64,000 nucleotides of DNA from an uncultured Candidatus Berkelbacteria bacterium. Lineage in GTDB: Bacteria > Patescibacteriota > UBA1384 > XYA2-FULL-43-10 > CAINNR01. Under the pieces are notes generated by a model. That model worked only from the letters and a program-made list of their open reading frames with translations. It made no database searches and was not told where the DNA came from. The stretch lies in the NCBI GenBank assembly GCA_903851235.1, contig CAINNR010000030.1:13210-77209 (forward strand), in the 5' to 3' direction. The position numbers and the translations under genes were made by a program. This document shows, in pieces, positions 1 to 8,791 of this stretch (its first letter is position 1; each line of letters opens with the position of its first letter).

Positions 1-176
1 CCCATTCGATACATCCAAGCCATTTCACGCCAGTAGTCTTGATCGAATGTTCGAGGTGCTGAACCAACTAGCTGTGAGAGTTGCCCACATCTTGTCATGC
101 TGACAATTGGAAGCTCGCCATGTTCTCGTCGATTTGACTGAATGTCGTCGAGAACGCCTCTGAGCATTTCGGTCAC
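1..176 (-). CDS. Small hypothetical protein, 3'-partial (runs off window), paralog of 246..449
   Basis: Not in ORF track. Manual translation from GTG 176: MTEMLRGVLDDIQSNRREHGELPIVSMTRCGQLSQLVGSAPRTFDQDYWREMAWMYRM; 21/58 ungapped identities to 246..449. True start may be ATG 167. Confidence 0.8.
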   Translation of the reverse strand, partial: MTEMLRGVLDDIQSNRREHGELPIVSMTRCGQLSQLVGSAPRTFDQDYWREMAWMYRM

Positions 177-484
177 TTCCTTTCGGTCGGGTTGTTTTGA
201 TTATAGCATACTGCCAGTGGTGGCTGGGCGGTGGGCTAAATGTTATCAAGTATCAAGGTAGAAATGATCATTGCCAACCGAAATCATCCATGCCCTTTCA
301 AACCAATAGTCTCTGTAAAATTGAGCAGTTTCCGGACTGACTGTTGGTCGTTGCCGTTCTGCTTGCAGTCGACGAACAACCGGCAAAACTCCATTTTCTC
401 GATAATGTGATTGAATGCTATCGAAAATATCTTCGCACACCTCAACCACTTCCTTTCTGTCCAGGGTTGTTTTGATTATAGCAT
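174..484. repeat. Direct repeat of promoter/RBS block (174-209 and 447-484)
   Basis: cacttcctttc(ggtc|tgtcca)gggttgttttgattatagcat occurs twice. Confidence 0.9.
246..449 (-). CDS. Small hypothetical protein (about 67 aa)
   Basis: AAAGGA SD, extended -10 TGCTATAAT at 483..475, adjacent paralog; true start may be GTG 440. Confidence 0.8.
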   Translation of the reverse strand: MVEVCEDIFDSIQSHYRENGVLPVVRRLQAERQRPTVSPETAQFYRDYWFERAWMISVGNDHFYLDT

Positions 485-489
485 CTATT

Positions 490-515
490 AAAAAAACCGC
501 CAGTGGTGGCGGTTT
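490..515 (-). terminator. Intrinsic terminator of 528..809
   Basis: aaaccgcca-gtgg-tggcggttt preceded by A-run on + (U-tract on -). Confidence 0.8.
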
Positions 516-527
516 GAGTAAAGTAGT

Positions 528-809
528 TTAGCTTGGGATTTTTTTCCCGCCAATTACGGCCAGAAGCAAAAGAATAGCGTACAAAATGTACGTCCACGTA
601 GGCAAATAAAATCCAATCATGTACACGATCGTAAACAAGGTGGAAACAACAAGAGTAAACAGTACTATCTCTTTTGGTGGTTTAGGCAGTCTTTTTTTAG
701 GCGGGCAATCTGAATACCAATTACCGACGGCAGTCCATGAAATGATACTAACGGCGAAACAGAAAAGCAAGAAAAACCAATTTAGTGGTAGCCCCATTGT
801 GCTTGCCAC
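528..809 (-). CDS. Small membrane protein, about 3 TM, orphan
   Basis: Three hydrophobic segments; promoter TTGTCA-17-TAAAAT (867..839); likely start ATG 797. Confidence 0.7.
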   Translation of the reverse strand: MASTMGLPLNWFFLLFCFAVSIISWTAVGNWYSDCPPKKRLPKPPKEIVLFTLVVSTLFTIVYMIGFYLPTWTYILYAILLLLAVIGGKKIPS

Positions 810-868
810 CCTTCGTTATTATTGTTACGACAACAGTAATTTTAACACAAGTATTTAATTTTGACAAT

Positions 869-896
869 AAAAAAAACCGCCAGCGTGCGGCGGTTT
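869..896 (-). terminator. Intrinsic terminator of 905..1024
   Basis: aaaccgcc-agcgtgc-ggcggttt preceded by A8; nearly the same stem as 490-515. Confidence 0.8.
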
Positions 897-904
897 GGTT
901 GTGG

Positions 905-1024
905 TCATCTCGACGGCGCTGGACCGGTTGGTCGATTCTGGCGATAATGAACTGTTGATGCTATTACGCGGGTTTCTCGCAGGAGTACGATGTAAGCAAT
1001 CAGCTCGCGGATGACATCCAACAT
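905..1024 (-). CDS. Putative 39-aa peptide MLDVIRELIAYIVLLRETRV...
   Basis: 3' part of track ORF 905..1210; AAAGGAG SD, promoter TTGTTT-17-TATCCT (1074..1046), own terminator. Confidence 0.55.
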   Translation of the reverse strand: MLDVIRELIAYIVLLRETRVIASTVHYRQNRPTGPAPSR

Positions 1025-1128
1025 GCCATCATCTCCTTTGTCAAAAGGATAGCAAAATTGAGAAAATAAAACAAGCTTTAAATTTGGCGAGTTTTTTGCT
1101 AGAGTAAAAACATAAACGGAGATTCCAG

Positions 1129-1184
1129 CACTGATTTCTTGCGCAGATAAACGTTGATGGAAACAATCAGCGTGACAGATCAGT
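1129..1184. repeat. ACGCAGAT/ATCAGCG-type palindromic element
   Basis: cactgat...acgttgat-ggaaaca-atcagcgt...atcagtg nested inverted repeat; relatives at 5303-5372, 22704-22728, 27324-27365. Confidence 0.5.
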
Positions 1185-1201
1185 GTAATAATTATATTAT
1201 T

Positions 1202-2575
1202 ATGAATCAACTTGGCAAAACTGAAGAGGAGCTAATTAAATCGAGAAAAGGCAAGCGAGCGAAACTTGAGGCTCTTAATGTTGAAACCTATCCGGCGAAG
1301 TCGGAGCGAAACTACATTGTCAAAAAAGTTTTGGCGTCAGAGAAGGAGTTTATTGCCGGTGCGGAAGTGCTGAAATTGGCCGGACGAATTACGGCGATGC
1401 GTGGACATGGCGCAATTATCTTCGCTGATTTGCAAGATGAGAGCGGAAAACTTCAATTACTTTTTAAATCCGACAAGCTGGCAGAAGATTTTAAACTTTT
1501 AGATTTGTTGGATGTTGGCGATTTTATTCAAGTCGCCGGCAAATTATTTATTACCAAGGCCGGCGAAACAACACTCGAGGTTCTGTCATTTAAACTACTG
1601 ACGAAATCACTTCGGCCGTTGCCGGAAAAATGGCACGGATTAACCGACACCGAAACCAGATATCGCCAGCGTTATGTCGACTTAATTGTTAACCCGCGCG
1701 TCAAGGAACTGTTTTACAAACGATCAAAAATTATTGCGACTATCAGGAATTTCTTAGTCGAAAATGGTTTTTTGGAAGTTGATACTCCGACGCTTCAACC
1801 GATCGCCGGCGGCGCTGTTGCCAAACCGTTCGCGACACACTATAATGCTTATGATCGCGAGGTTTTTCTCCGAATTGCACCGGAGCTATATCTCAAGCGC
1901 TTGATTGTTGGTGGCTTTGAAAAGGTGTTCGAATTTGCCCGCTGTTTCCGCAATGAAGGAGTAGACGCGACACACAATCCGGAGTTTACCAACTTGGAAT
2001 TTTATTGGGCTTATACCGACTACGAAAAGCTGATGGAGTTTACCGAAGAGTTAATGAAAAATCTGGTCAAGGAAGTTTTTGGCAAAACCGATGTTGAAAT
2101 TACTGGCGAAATGGTGGATTTTAGTCTTAAGTTTCCACGAATTACATTTTCCGATTTTACCGGCGGCAAAAATACTGACGAAGCGTTTAAAGCTGCGGTG
2201 AAAAAAATCACTCGTCCAACTTTTGTTATCGATCATCCAATAGAAATATCGCCGTTGGCGAAACGTAAAGGAGAAAAAACCGTTGAACGATTCCAGCTGA
2301 TTCTTGGCGGGCTGGAAGTCGTCAACGCATTCTCAGAATTGAATGATCCGGTTGATCAGAAATTGCGCTTTGAAGATCAAGGGAAAAAGCGGGATTCCGG
2401 TGACGAGGAAGCTCATGAATACGACGCCGATTTCGTCAAAGCCTTGGAATACGGTATGCCACCGACTGCCGGCTGGGGAATGGGAATCGACAGACTAGTC
2501 ATGCTACTTACCGGATCAAAAACTTTGCGTGAGATATTACTGTTTCCGTACATGAGGCCGGAAAAGAACGAATGA
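1202..2575 (+). CDS. lysS: Lysine--tRNA ligase (class II)
   Basis: OB-fold, RYRQRYVDL, LRIAPELYLKRL, FRNEG, YGMPPTAGWGMGIDRL; start placed at ATG 1202. Confidence 0.97.
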   Translation: MNQLGKTEEELIKSRKGKRAKLEALNVETYPAKSERNYIVKKVLASEKEFIAGAEVLKLAGRITAMRGHGAIIFADLQDESGKLQLLFKSDKLAEDFKLLDLLDVGDFIQVAGKLFITKAGETTLEVLSFKLLTKSLRPLPEKWHGLTDTETRYRQRYVDLIVNPRVKELFYKRSKIIATIRNFLVENGFLEVDTPTLQPIAGGAVAKPFATHYNAYDREVFLRIAPELYLKRLIVGGFEKVFEFARCFRNEGVDATHNPEFTNLEFYWAYTDYEKLMEFTEELMKNLVKEVFGKTDVEITGEMVDFSLKFPRITFSDFTGGKNTDEAFKAAVKKITRPTFVIDHPIEISPLAKRKGEKTVERFQLILGGLEVVNAFSELNDPVDQKLRFEDQGKKRDSGDEEAHEYDADFVKALEYGMPPTAGWGMGIDRLVMLLTGSKTLREILLFPYMRPEKNE

Positions 2576-2650
2576 TTTAAAAACGCATAGCTAATAACCA
2601 TAACTAAGTAGTTAATTAGCTAGGAAATTAAAATTATTCGTTATTAGTTA
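2567..2650. repeat. AT-rich imperfect palindromic element, copy 1
   Basis: Aligns with 3931-4020 (aacgaat..taaaaacg.ata.ctaataaccata.c.aagtagttaat...ttatt..ttattagtt). Confidence 0.8.
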
Positions 2651-2672
2651 TAAAATATTAGTTAGGAGAAAT

Positions 2673-3932
2673 ATGTTAGATATTGAACTGATACGAAAAG
2701 AACCGGAGGGAATTAAAAAAGCCATTGCCAGAAAGGGCGCCGATCCGGCTTTAATCGACGAAGTGGTTTTGATTGATCGCAATCGTCGCCGAGTGTTATC
2801 CGAACTGGAACGGGCGCAGTCGGAGTTAAATCGCCACTCAAAGGACATCGCCAATTTGCACGGTCAGCAAAAAATTGATGCTATCAACAACGCCGGAATT
2901 TGGTCGGCCAAAGTCAAAGAGTTAAAACCGGAGGCTGATCGATCGCAAAGGGAGTTTGTGGATATAATGCTCCTAATTCCGAATCCGCCACTCGCCGATG
3001 TTATCGACGGCGCATCCGACAAAGAAAACACCGTAAACCGTACTGTCGGGGAGATATCGAAATTTTCCTTCAAACCACTCGATCATGTTGAGTTGGGAGA
3101 AAAACTCGACCTAATTGACATCGAACGCGCTGGAAAAATCTCCGGTTCACGCTTTTATTTTTTGAAAAATGAATTGGTCCAACTGGAGTTTGCCTTAGCG
3201 CAATATGCGATGGAGATCCTGACGGCAGAAAAATTTGTGCCGATGATCACACCGGTGCTTTTAAACCGCGAAGCAATGACTGGCGCCGGATATCTGCCGG
3301 CCGGCGAGGATGAAATTTATAAAACTCAGGATGACTTGTATTTGGTTGGAACGTCGGAGCAACCGCTGGCCGGATATCACAGTAATGAAATTATTGATGG
3401 AAAAAATTTGCCCTTACGTTACGCCGGGTTTTCTAGCTGTTTCAGGCGCGAAGCCGGCAGCCATGGTAAAGATGTCCGGGGGATTCTACGGGCGCACCAA
3501 TTTGACAAAGTTGAAATGTTTTCCTTTTGCTTGCCGGAAAATTCAGAAAAGGAACATGAATATTTGGTCTCGCTGGAGGAAAAAATCGTTTCCGGTCTCG
3601 GATTGCCATATCAAATTGTTAATATTTGTGCCGGCGATTTGGGCTCCCCGGCGGTGAAAAAATATGATGTTGAAACTTGGATGCCGGGGCAAGACCAATA
3701 TCGGGAAACCCACTCCTGTTCAAATTGCACTGATTTTCAAGCTCGTCGTCTTAATATCCGATATCGCGACAAAGACGGCAAGGTTGCGCCGCTCCACACT
3801 TTAAATGGCACGGCAATTGCCATTGGTCGAATGCTGATCGCGATTATGGAAAACGGCCAGCAAAAAGACGGCAGTATCAAAATCCCGGAAATACTTCACA
3901 AATCTCTTAATTTCAAGGAAATTAAGAGATAA
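2673..3932 (+). CDS. serS: Serine--tRNA ligase
   Basis: MLDIELIR, GTSEQPL, CFRREAG, HQFDKVEMF, HTLNGTA. Confidence 0.97.
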   Translation: MLDIELIRKEPEGIKKAIARKGADPALIDEVVLIDRNRRRVLSELERAQSELNRHSKDIANLHGQQKIDAINNAGIWSAKVKELKPEADRSQREFVDIMLLIPNPPLADVIDGASDKENTVNRTVGEISKFSFKPLDHVELGEKLDLIDIERAGKISGSRFYFLKNELVQLEFALAQYAMEILTAEKFVPMITPVLLNREAMTGAGYLPAGEDEIYKTQDDLYLVGTSEQPLAGYHSNEIIDGKNLPLRYAGFSSCFRREAGSHGKDVRGILRAHQFDKVEMFSFCLPENSEKEHEYLVSLEEKIVSGLGLPYQIVNICAGDLGSPAVKKYDVETWMPGQDQYRETHSCSNCTDFQARRLNIRYRDKDGKVAPLHTLNGTAIAIGRMLIAIMENGQQKDGSIKIPEILHKSLNFKEIKR

Positions 3933-4020
3933 CGAATAACTAAAAACGTATAACTAATAACCATAGCCAAGTAGTTAATAAGTTAAAAAGTTAAAAAGTT
4001 AAAGTTATTAATTATTAGTT
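3931..4020. repeat. AT-rich imperfect palindromic element, copy 2
   Basis: Homologous to 2567-2650, with an internal aagttaa heptamer expansion. Confidence 0.8.
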
Positions 4021-4036
4021 TGAATAGGAGGCCCAA

Positions 4037-4414
4037 GTGCAAATTAATGTCGTGACGAAAGATGTTATCATCACGGCCCGTCAGAAATCCGATATTGAGA
4101 AAAAAATCAGTCGACTTAAAAAATATTTGAAACATGAAAGTCCGGTGAATATCGAAGTTCACTTAATTGACGACTCTGGGCCGAACAAAACCGGAGTGAC
4201 GCAGAGTGTGAAAATTGATGTTGTTTCCGAGCATTACAATATTCACATCGAGGAAAAAAAGAATAATATTATGAAGGCTTTCGCCAATGCGCTCCGATCA
4301 GTTGACCGCCAGGTCCGCGATCAGCATAAAAAAGAGATCCAAAAAGCCCAAACCGGTGGCGGAAGATTTGACAAAGTTTTTGGGATTTTGGGAAAATTCC
4401 GACGGAAGAAGTGA
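4037..4414 (+). CDS. hpf: Ribosome hibernation factor HPF/RaiA-like
   Basis: MQINV start, EKKISRLKKY, terminal helix; usual position upstream of secA; AGGAGG SD. Confidence 0.75.
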   Translation: MQINVVTKDVIITARQKSDIEKKISRLKKYLKHESPVNIEVHLIDDSGPNKTGVTQSVKIDVVSEHYNIHIEEKKNNIMKAFANALRSVDRQVRDQHKKEIQKAQTGGGRFDKVFGILGKFRRKK

Positions 4415-4422
4415 TGTAACGT

Positions 4423-4485
4423 GTCATCCTCGTAAAGACGGGAATCCACAAATAGTTTTGTCACCCTAAACTCGATTCAGGATCT
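4423..4485 (+). repeat. Pair of GTCA-tagged REP-like palindromes
   Basis: gtcatcctcgtaaagacgggaatcc and gtcaccctaaactcgattcaggatct. Confidence 0.65.
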
Positions 4486-4497
4486 CATTAATAGAAT

Positions 4498-4528
4498 AAA
4501 AAAACGAGCGGCCGTTTTGGCTGCTCGT
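4498..4528 (-). terminator. Terminator of pentapeptide gene
   Basis: A7 then acgagcggcc...ggctgctcgt stem. Confidence 0.8.
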
Positions 4529-4577
4529 GGTGTTTGGTAAAAGGTGAGTATCAGTGAAAGTCGAAGATTCTGTGGAC

Positions 4578-5174
4578 TTATGCCCATGTTCTGATCAATT
4601 CGGCAGCAGCGAGATAATCTTCCCCGTCTTTGTCGTCGCTGTGATCCCTGTCGATATTCCGGAGAAAGTCGTCAAGAGTTCCCCAGAAGCAACCGGTTTT
4701 AATCATCGGCCCGTCTACATGTCTGACGGCGTAAAGAAGGTCACTGCGACTTCCAATTGGGCCAATGTTCAGAATTCCTTGCGCTTGAAAGAGATCAGTT
4801 CCTTCGAGTGTCGTGCCTTTAATAATGGTTTGACCAAAAATGGTTCTTTCAAGATTTGTTCGATACAGATAAGCGTTTGTTAGGTCAACCCCTGTCAGGT
4901 TGGCTCCATGCAGGTTGGCAGACTCTAGGTCACAACCGATCAATTTCGCGCCGGTAAGATCGGCATAACTTAAGTCTGCGTTTTTAAGGTTGACGTAATT
5001 ATGCCGAAAACCCTTATAATATTTAATTTGCAGGTCGAGGTTACGAAGATTTGCTCCCGACAATTCGACACCGCAAAGCGACTTGCGATTGTGTGCGGCC
5101 TCCTCAACTGCCGTCTTAACACTTCGACGTCTACAAGTGAAAATGACGTCACCATATGTGTTCTTGAGTTTCAT
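4578..5174 (-). CDS. Pentapeptide-repeat protein with phage-type C-terminal domain
   Basis: A(D/N)Lxx repeats; C-terminal IGPIGSR...GCFWGTLDDF; GGAGG SD before ATG 5174; promoter TTGATA-17-TAGAAT (5240..5212). Confidence 0.85.
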   Translation of the reverse strand: MKLKNTYGDVIFTCRRRSVKTAVEEAAHNRKSLCGVELSGANLRNLDLQIKYYKGFRHNYVNLKNADLSYADLTGAKLIGCDLESANLHGANLTGVDLTNAYLYRTNLERTIFGQTIIKGTTLEGTDLFQAQGILNIGPIGSRSDLLYAVRHVDGPMIKTGCFWGTLDDFLRNIDRDHSDDKDGEDYLAAAELIRTWA

Positions 5175-5386
5175 CTCTTGCCTCCAAAAGCCGTGTTGTT
5201 TGCGCGATTTGATTCTAGCATTAAACTTTCCAATTATCAAGAGTGTTTTTGTGAGTTGAAAAAATAGGCACAAAGTGGTAAAGTAAAAGCATAAAAGGAG
5301 ATTCTGATGCAGATTTATCACGCAGATAACCGCAGACGAAATTAGTGACAATCGGCGTGAAAGTTTGGTGTAAGAATTACAACACA

Positions 5387-8143
5387 ATGTCCTTATTCTC
5401 GAAATTTTTTACCGATTCCAGTCAAAAGGTAGTCAACCGCTATCGGAAGTTTTTAGTTGATGCCAATTCATTAGAGTCGGAGTTAAAGAAAAAATCCGAC
5501 AAACAATTGAAAGAATACACAGGAAAATTTCAAAAGCAGTTGACAGTAGTTAGTGGTCAGTTGTCGGAGGAATCAAGAATTATGGAAGAAATTATGCCGG
5601 AGGCGTTTGCCGTTGTCCGCGAAGTTTCGCGCCGAGTTTGGGGAGAGCGACACTTTGATGTCCAGCTGATTGGCGGCGCGGTTTTGCACTCGGGTCAAAT
5701 TGCCGAAATGAAAACCGGTGAAGGAAAAACCTTGGTCGCAACGCTACCATTATATTTAAACGCTTTAGCCGGTCGTGGTGCCCATTTGGTAACCGTCAAT
5801 GACTACCTTTCGAAAAGTCAGGGCGAGGGGATGGGTGAAATTTACAACTTTTTGGGCCTTTCAGTCGGTGTAATCCAAAATCAGCAGATCTCTTACAAAT
5901 TTGAGAAGAAAAAAGATTACAAACATTATTCCGAGGCTGATGGTTCGAATCTTGTGCCCTGCTCGCGACAGGAGGCCTACGCCTGCGATATTACCTATGG
6001 CACCAACAATGAGTTTGGTTTTGATTATTTGCGCGACAACATGGCTCCGAGTTTGGCCCAGTGTGTTCAGCGCGAACTACATTTTGCCATTGTTGATGAG
6101 GTTGACTCAATATTAATTGATGAAGCCCGAACACCTCTGATTATCTCGGCGCCGGCGGAAGAATCGGCGTCGCTGTACCAAAAATTTTCTGGCCTTGTTC
6201 CACGACTAAAAATTGTTGAAGATTATACCGTTGATGAAAAGGATCGAGCGGTGATGATTACCGATGAGGGAATCAAAAAAATCGAGGGCATGTTGGGAAT
6301 TGCCAATGTTTACAGCGCCGAATCAATCGAATTGGTTCATCACCTGGAGGAAGCGCTGAAGGCGCACGCATTATTTAAAAAAGACAAAGATTATGTCGTT
6401 AAAGACGGCGAAATTATTATCGTCGATGAATTTACCGGCCGATTGATGCAGGGTCGTCGATATTCCGAAGGTTTGCATCAGGCGATTGAAGCCAAGGAAA
6501 ATGTTGAAGTCAAACGCGAGTCGCAAACAATGGCGACGATATCATTTCAGAATTTATTTCGCCTGTACCACAAACTTGCCGGCATGACCGGAACTGCAGC
6601 GACGGAAGCCGAGGAGTTTTATAAAATTTACAAATTGGATGTAACCGAAATTCCGACCAATCAACCGATGATCCGTCACGACGCCGGCGACAAGATTTAC
6701 AAAACTTTTGCCGGCAAAATCGACGCAGTGGTTGCCGACATTAAATCTCGCCAGGCAAAAGGCCAACCGGTTTTAGTTGGCACAGTTTCAGTCGAGAAGA
6801 ATGAATATCTATCGAAGTTCTTGAAACGAGCCGGAATCAAACATGAAGTTTTGAACGCCAAAAACCATGAGCGGGAAGCAAAAATTATTATCAAAGCCGG
6901 GCAGATCGGCGCCGTCACCGTCGCCACCAACATGGCTGGTCGCGGGACTGACATCAAACTTGGCGCCGGAGTAGCGCGCCTTGGCGGTTTACATGTAATC
7001 GGCACCGAACGACACGAATCGCGACGAATTGACAACCAGCTTCGCGGTCGTTCCGGTCGTCAAGGCGATCCGGGATCGTCTCAATTTTATGTTTCAATGG
7101 AAGATGATCTGATGCGAATTTTCGGTGGCGACAGATTGAAATCGATTATGGAACGTTTTGGTTTGCCTGAAGATATTCCGATTGAAAACTCGATGATTTC
7201 TCGCTCAATCGAAACGGCGCAAAAGAAAGTTGAGGGTCACAACTTTGATATTCGCAAACATTTGGTTGAATATGACGATGTGATGAATTCGCATCGCAAA
7301 TACGTTTATGGCAAAAGAAGGAAGATATTGGAAAGTTCAAATGAAGATCAAAATCCAAATGTTGAAACCCGAAATTCGAATGACGAAAAAATTTCGAATG
7401 ATAAAATAGAAAATATAAGAGAGGACATTCTGGAAATTGCCAACAAAGAGATTGATGGTATCTTCACAACACTGGCGGCTGAGCCGGAGAAAATTAAAAC
7501 GGAAATCGAGGCGATTTTTACTCTCAGTCCGAAAGATTTATCAGCCGACATCGTCAAAAATGATGTCAAAAAACTTTATGTTGAGCGCGAAAAAAAATTC
7601 GGTCAGGAAGTGATGCATCAAGTAGAGCAAGCGGTTTATTTACGAACAATTGATATGCTTTGGATTGAGCATTTAACAACAATGGAGGAGTTGCGAACCG
7701 GAATTGGATTGCAAGGATATGCTCAGACTGATCCGTTAGTTGCCTACAAACGCGAATCGTATCGCCTGTTTCAGGATCTTCTATCGGCTATCAATGCCGG
7801 AGTTTTGCGAACGATTTTTCATGTCGAGGTCAATATTCAACCGCCGGCGAGCGCCATCGAATCAAGACCATTGGAATATCTTGCACCGGATCCAGATCGG
7901 GTGGGAGATATAGAAGAAAATCCAAATGACAAAACCCAAATGTCAAATGAAGTTCAAAGTTCAAACGATCAGATGTCAAACGGAATTACAACAACCATCA
8001 GACAAAAAGGGAAATCGGTTTTTGAGCGGATGGATAATGCTAATGGTGCCGGTCAAACAGTTAAATCAGCGCATAAGCCCGGCCGCAACGATCCCTGCCC
8101 GTGCGGTTCTGGGAAAAAGTACAAGAAATGCTGTGGAAAGTAA
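5387..8143 (+). CDS. secA: Preprotein translocase SecA
   Basis: MKTGEGKT, DEVDSILIDEARTPL, QLRGRSGRQGDPG, C-terminal SEC-C CPCGSGKKYKKCC. Confidence 0.98.
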   Translation: MSLFSKFFTDSSQKVVNRYRKFLVDANSLESELKKKSDKQLKEYTGKFQKQLTVVSGQLSEESRIMEEIMPEAFAVVREVSRRVWGERHFDVQLIGGAVLHSGQIAEMKTGEGKTLVATLPLYLNALAGRGAHLVTVNDYLSKSQGEGMGEIYNFLGLSVGVIQNQQISYKFEKKKDYKHYSEADGSNLVPCSRQEAYACDITYGTNNEFGFDYLRDNMAPSLAQCVQRELHFAIVDEVDSILIDEARTPLIISAPAEESASLYQKFSGLVPRLKIVEDYTVDEKDRAVMITDEGIKKIEGMLGIANVYSAESIELVHHLEEALKAHALFKKDKDYVVKDGEIIIVDEFTGRLMQGRRYSEGLHQAIEAKENVEVKRESQTMATISFQNLFRLYHKLAGMTGTAATEAEEFYKIYKLDVTEIPTNQPMIRHDAGDKIYKTFAGKIDAVVADIKSRQAKGQPVLVGTVSVEKNEYLSKFLKRAGIKHEVLNAKNHEREAKIIIKAGQIGAVTVATNMAGRGTDIKLGAGVARLGGLHVIGTERHESRRIDNQLRGRSGRQGDPGSSQFYVSMEDDLMRIFGGDRLKSIMERFGLPEDIPIENSMISRSIETAQKKVEGHNFDIRKHLVEYDDVMNSHRKYVYGKRRKILESSNEDQNPNVETRNSNDEKISNDKIENIREDILEIANKEIDGIFTTLAAEPEKIKTEIEAIFTLSPKDLSADIVKNDVKKLYVEREKKFGQEVMHQVEQAVYLRTIDMLWIEHLTTMEELRTGIGLQGYAQTDPLVAYKRESYRLFQDLLSAINAGVLRTIFHVEVNIQPPASAIESRPLEYLAPDPDRVGDIEENPNDKTQMSNEVQSSNDQMSNGITTTIRQKGKSVFERMDNANGAGQTVKSAHKPGRNDPCPCGSGKKYKKCCGK

Positions 8144-8206
8144 TATCGCCTACCCAGTTTTAGTCTGTGATAGCTAATTTTGGGGATAATAATTTACGAA
8201 GAAAAA

Positions 8207-8533
8207 ATGAAGGAATCAAAAAAAGTAGAACTTGTTGTCTTTGTCCCGGAAAGCCATGCCGAGGCGATTCGAAAAGCAATGGGTGATGCCGGCGCCGGCG
8301 TGATCGGAAATTATACTTATTGTTTTTCGTCATCAAAAAGTACTGGTGATTTTAAACCGCAAGAAGGATCAAATCCATCAATTGGCAAAATTGGAAAGCA
8401 GAAATCAGTTGAAGAAATTCGGATTGAAACTCTTTGTGGTCGTGAAAAAGTTGAAGCAGTTATTAATACAATTTCGGCGGTTCATCCGTATGAAGAAGCG
8501 CCGGTCGATATTTATCCAATGTTGGAAATATAA
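8207..8533 (+). CDS. YqfO/NIF3 PII-like-domain protein
   Basis: VFVPESHAE, AGAGVIGNY, HPYEE motifs. Confidence 0.85.
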   Translation: MKESKKVELVVFVPESHAEAIRKAMGDAGAGVIGNYTYCFSSSKSTGDFKPQEGSNPSIGKIGKQKSVEEIRIETLCGREKVEAVINTISAVHPYEEAPVDIYPMLEI

Positions 8534-8559
8534 TTTTGAGCTCAGTAATCGACAAATTT

Positions 8560-8593
8560 ATTATAAAAACCTCGCCGGTCGAGGTTTTTATAA
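8560..8593. terminator. Bidirectional intrinsic terminator
   Basis: ttataaaaacctcg-ccggt-cgaggtttttataa. Confidence 0.85.
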
Positions 8594-8791
8594 TTATCCC
8601 TAACTTTATCGACATACAGTGATGTAGCGAAGGGATAATTATTTTACTTATAACAAATCTATTTTTTTTTGGACAGAATTTGACTCATTATGGTATAATC
8701 AATACAAGAATAAAGAATTATGAATTAAGGGTTATGATTAAAGTCCAAAATTCATAATTCATTATTTATAATTCAATTTTTTAGGAGGGGC

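Noticed and set aside
25-249. Track ORF 25..249 (-)
   Set aside because: Wrong frame; it crosses the promoter repeat, while the frame starting at 176 is clearly paralogous to 246..449.
174-900. CRISPR array or integron attC array
   Set aside because: The repeats are promoter and terminator blocks separated by whole ORFs; no constant spacer length, no cas or intI gene, no convincing attC box pattern.
4554-5387. ORFs 4554..4883 (+), 5001..5267 (+) and the 71-aa N-terminal extension of 4578..5387
   Set aside because: Shadows of the pentapeptide gene; the extension runs through its promoter and a repeat.
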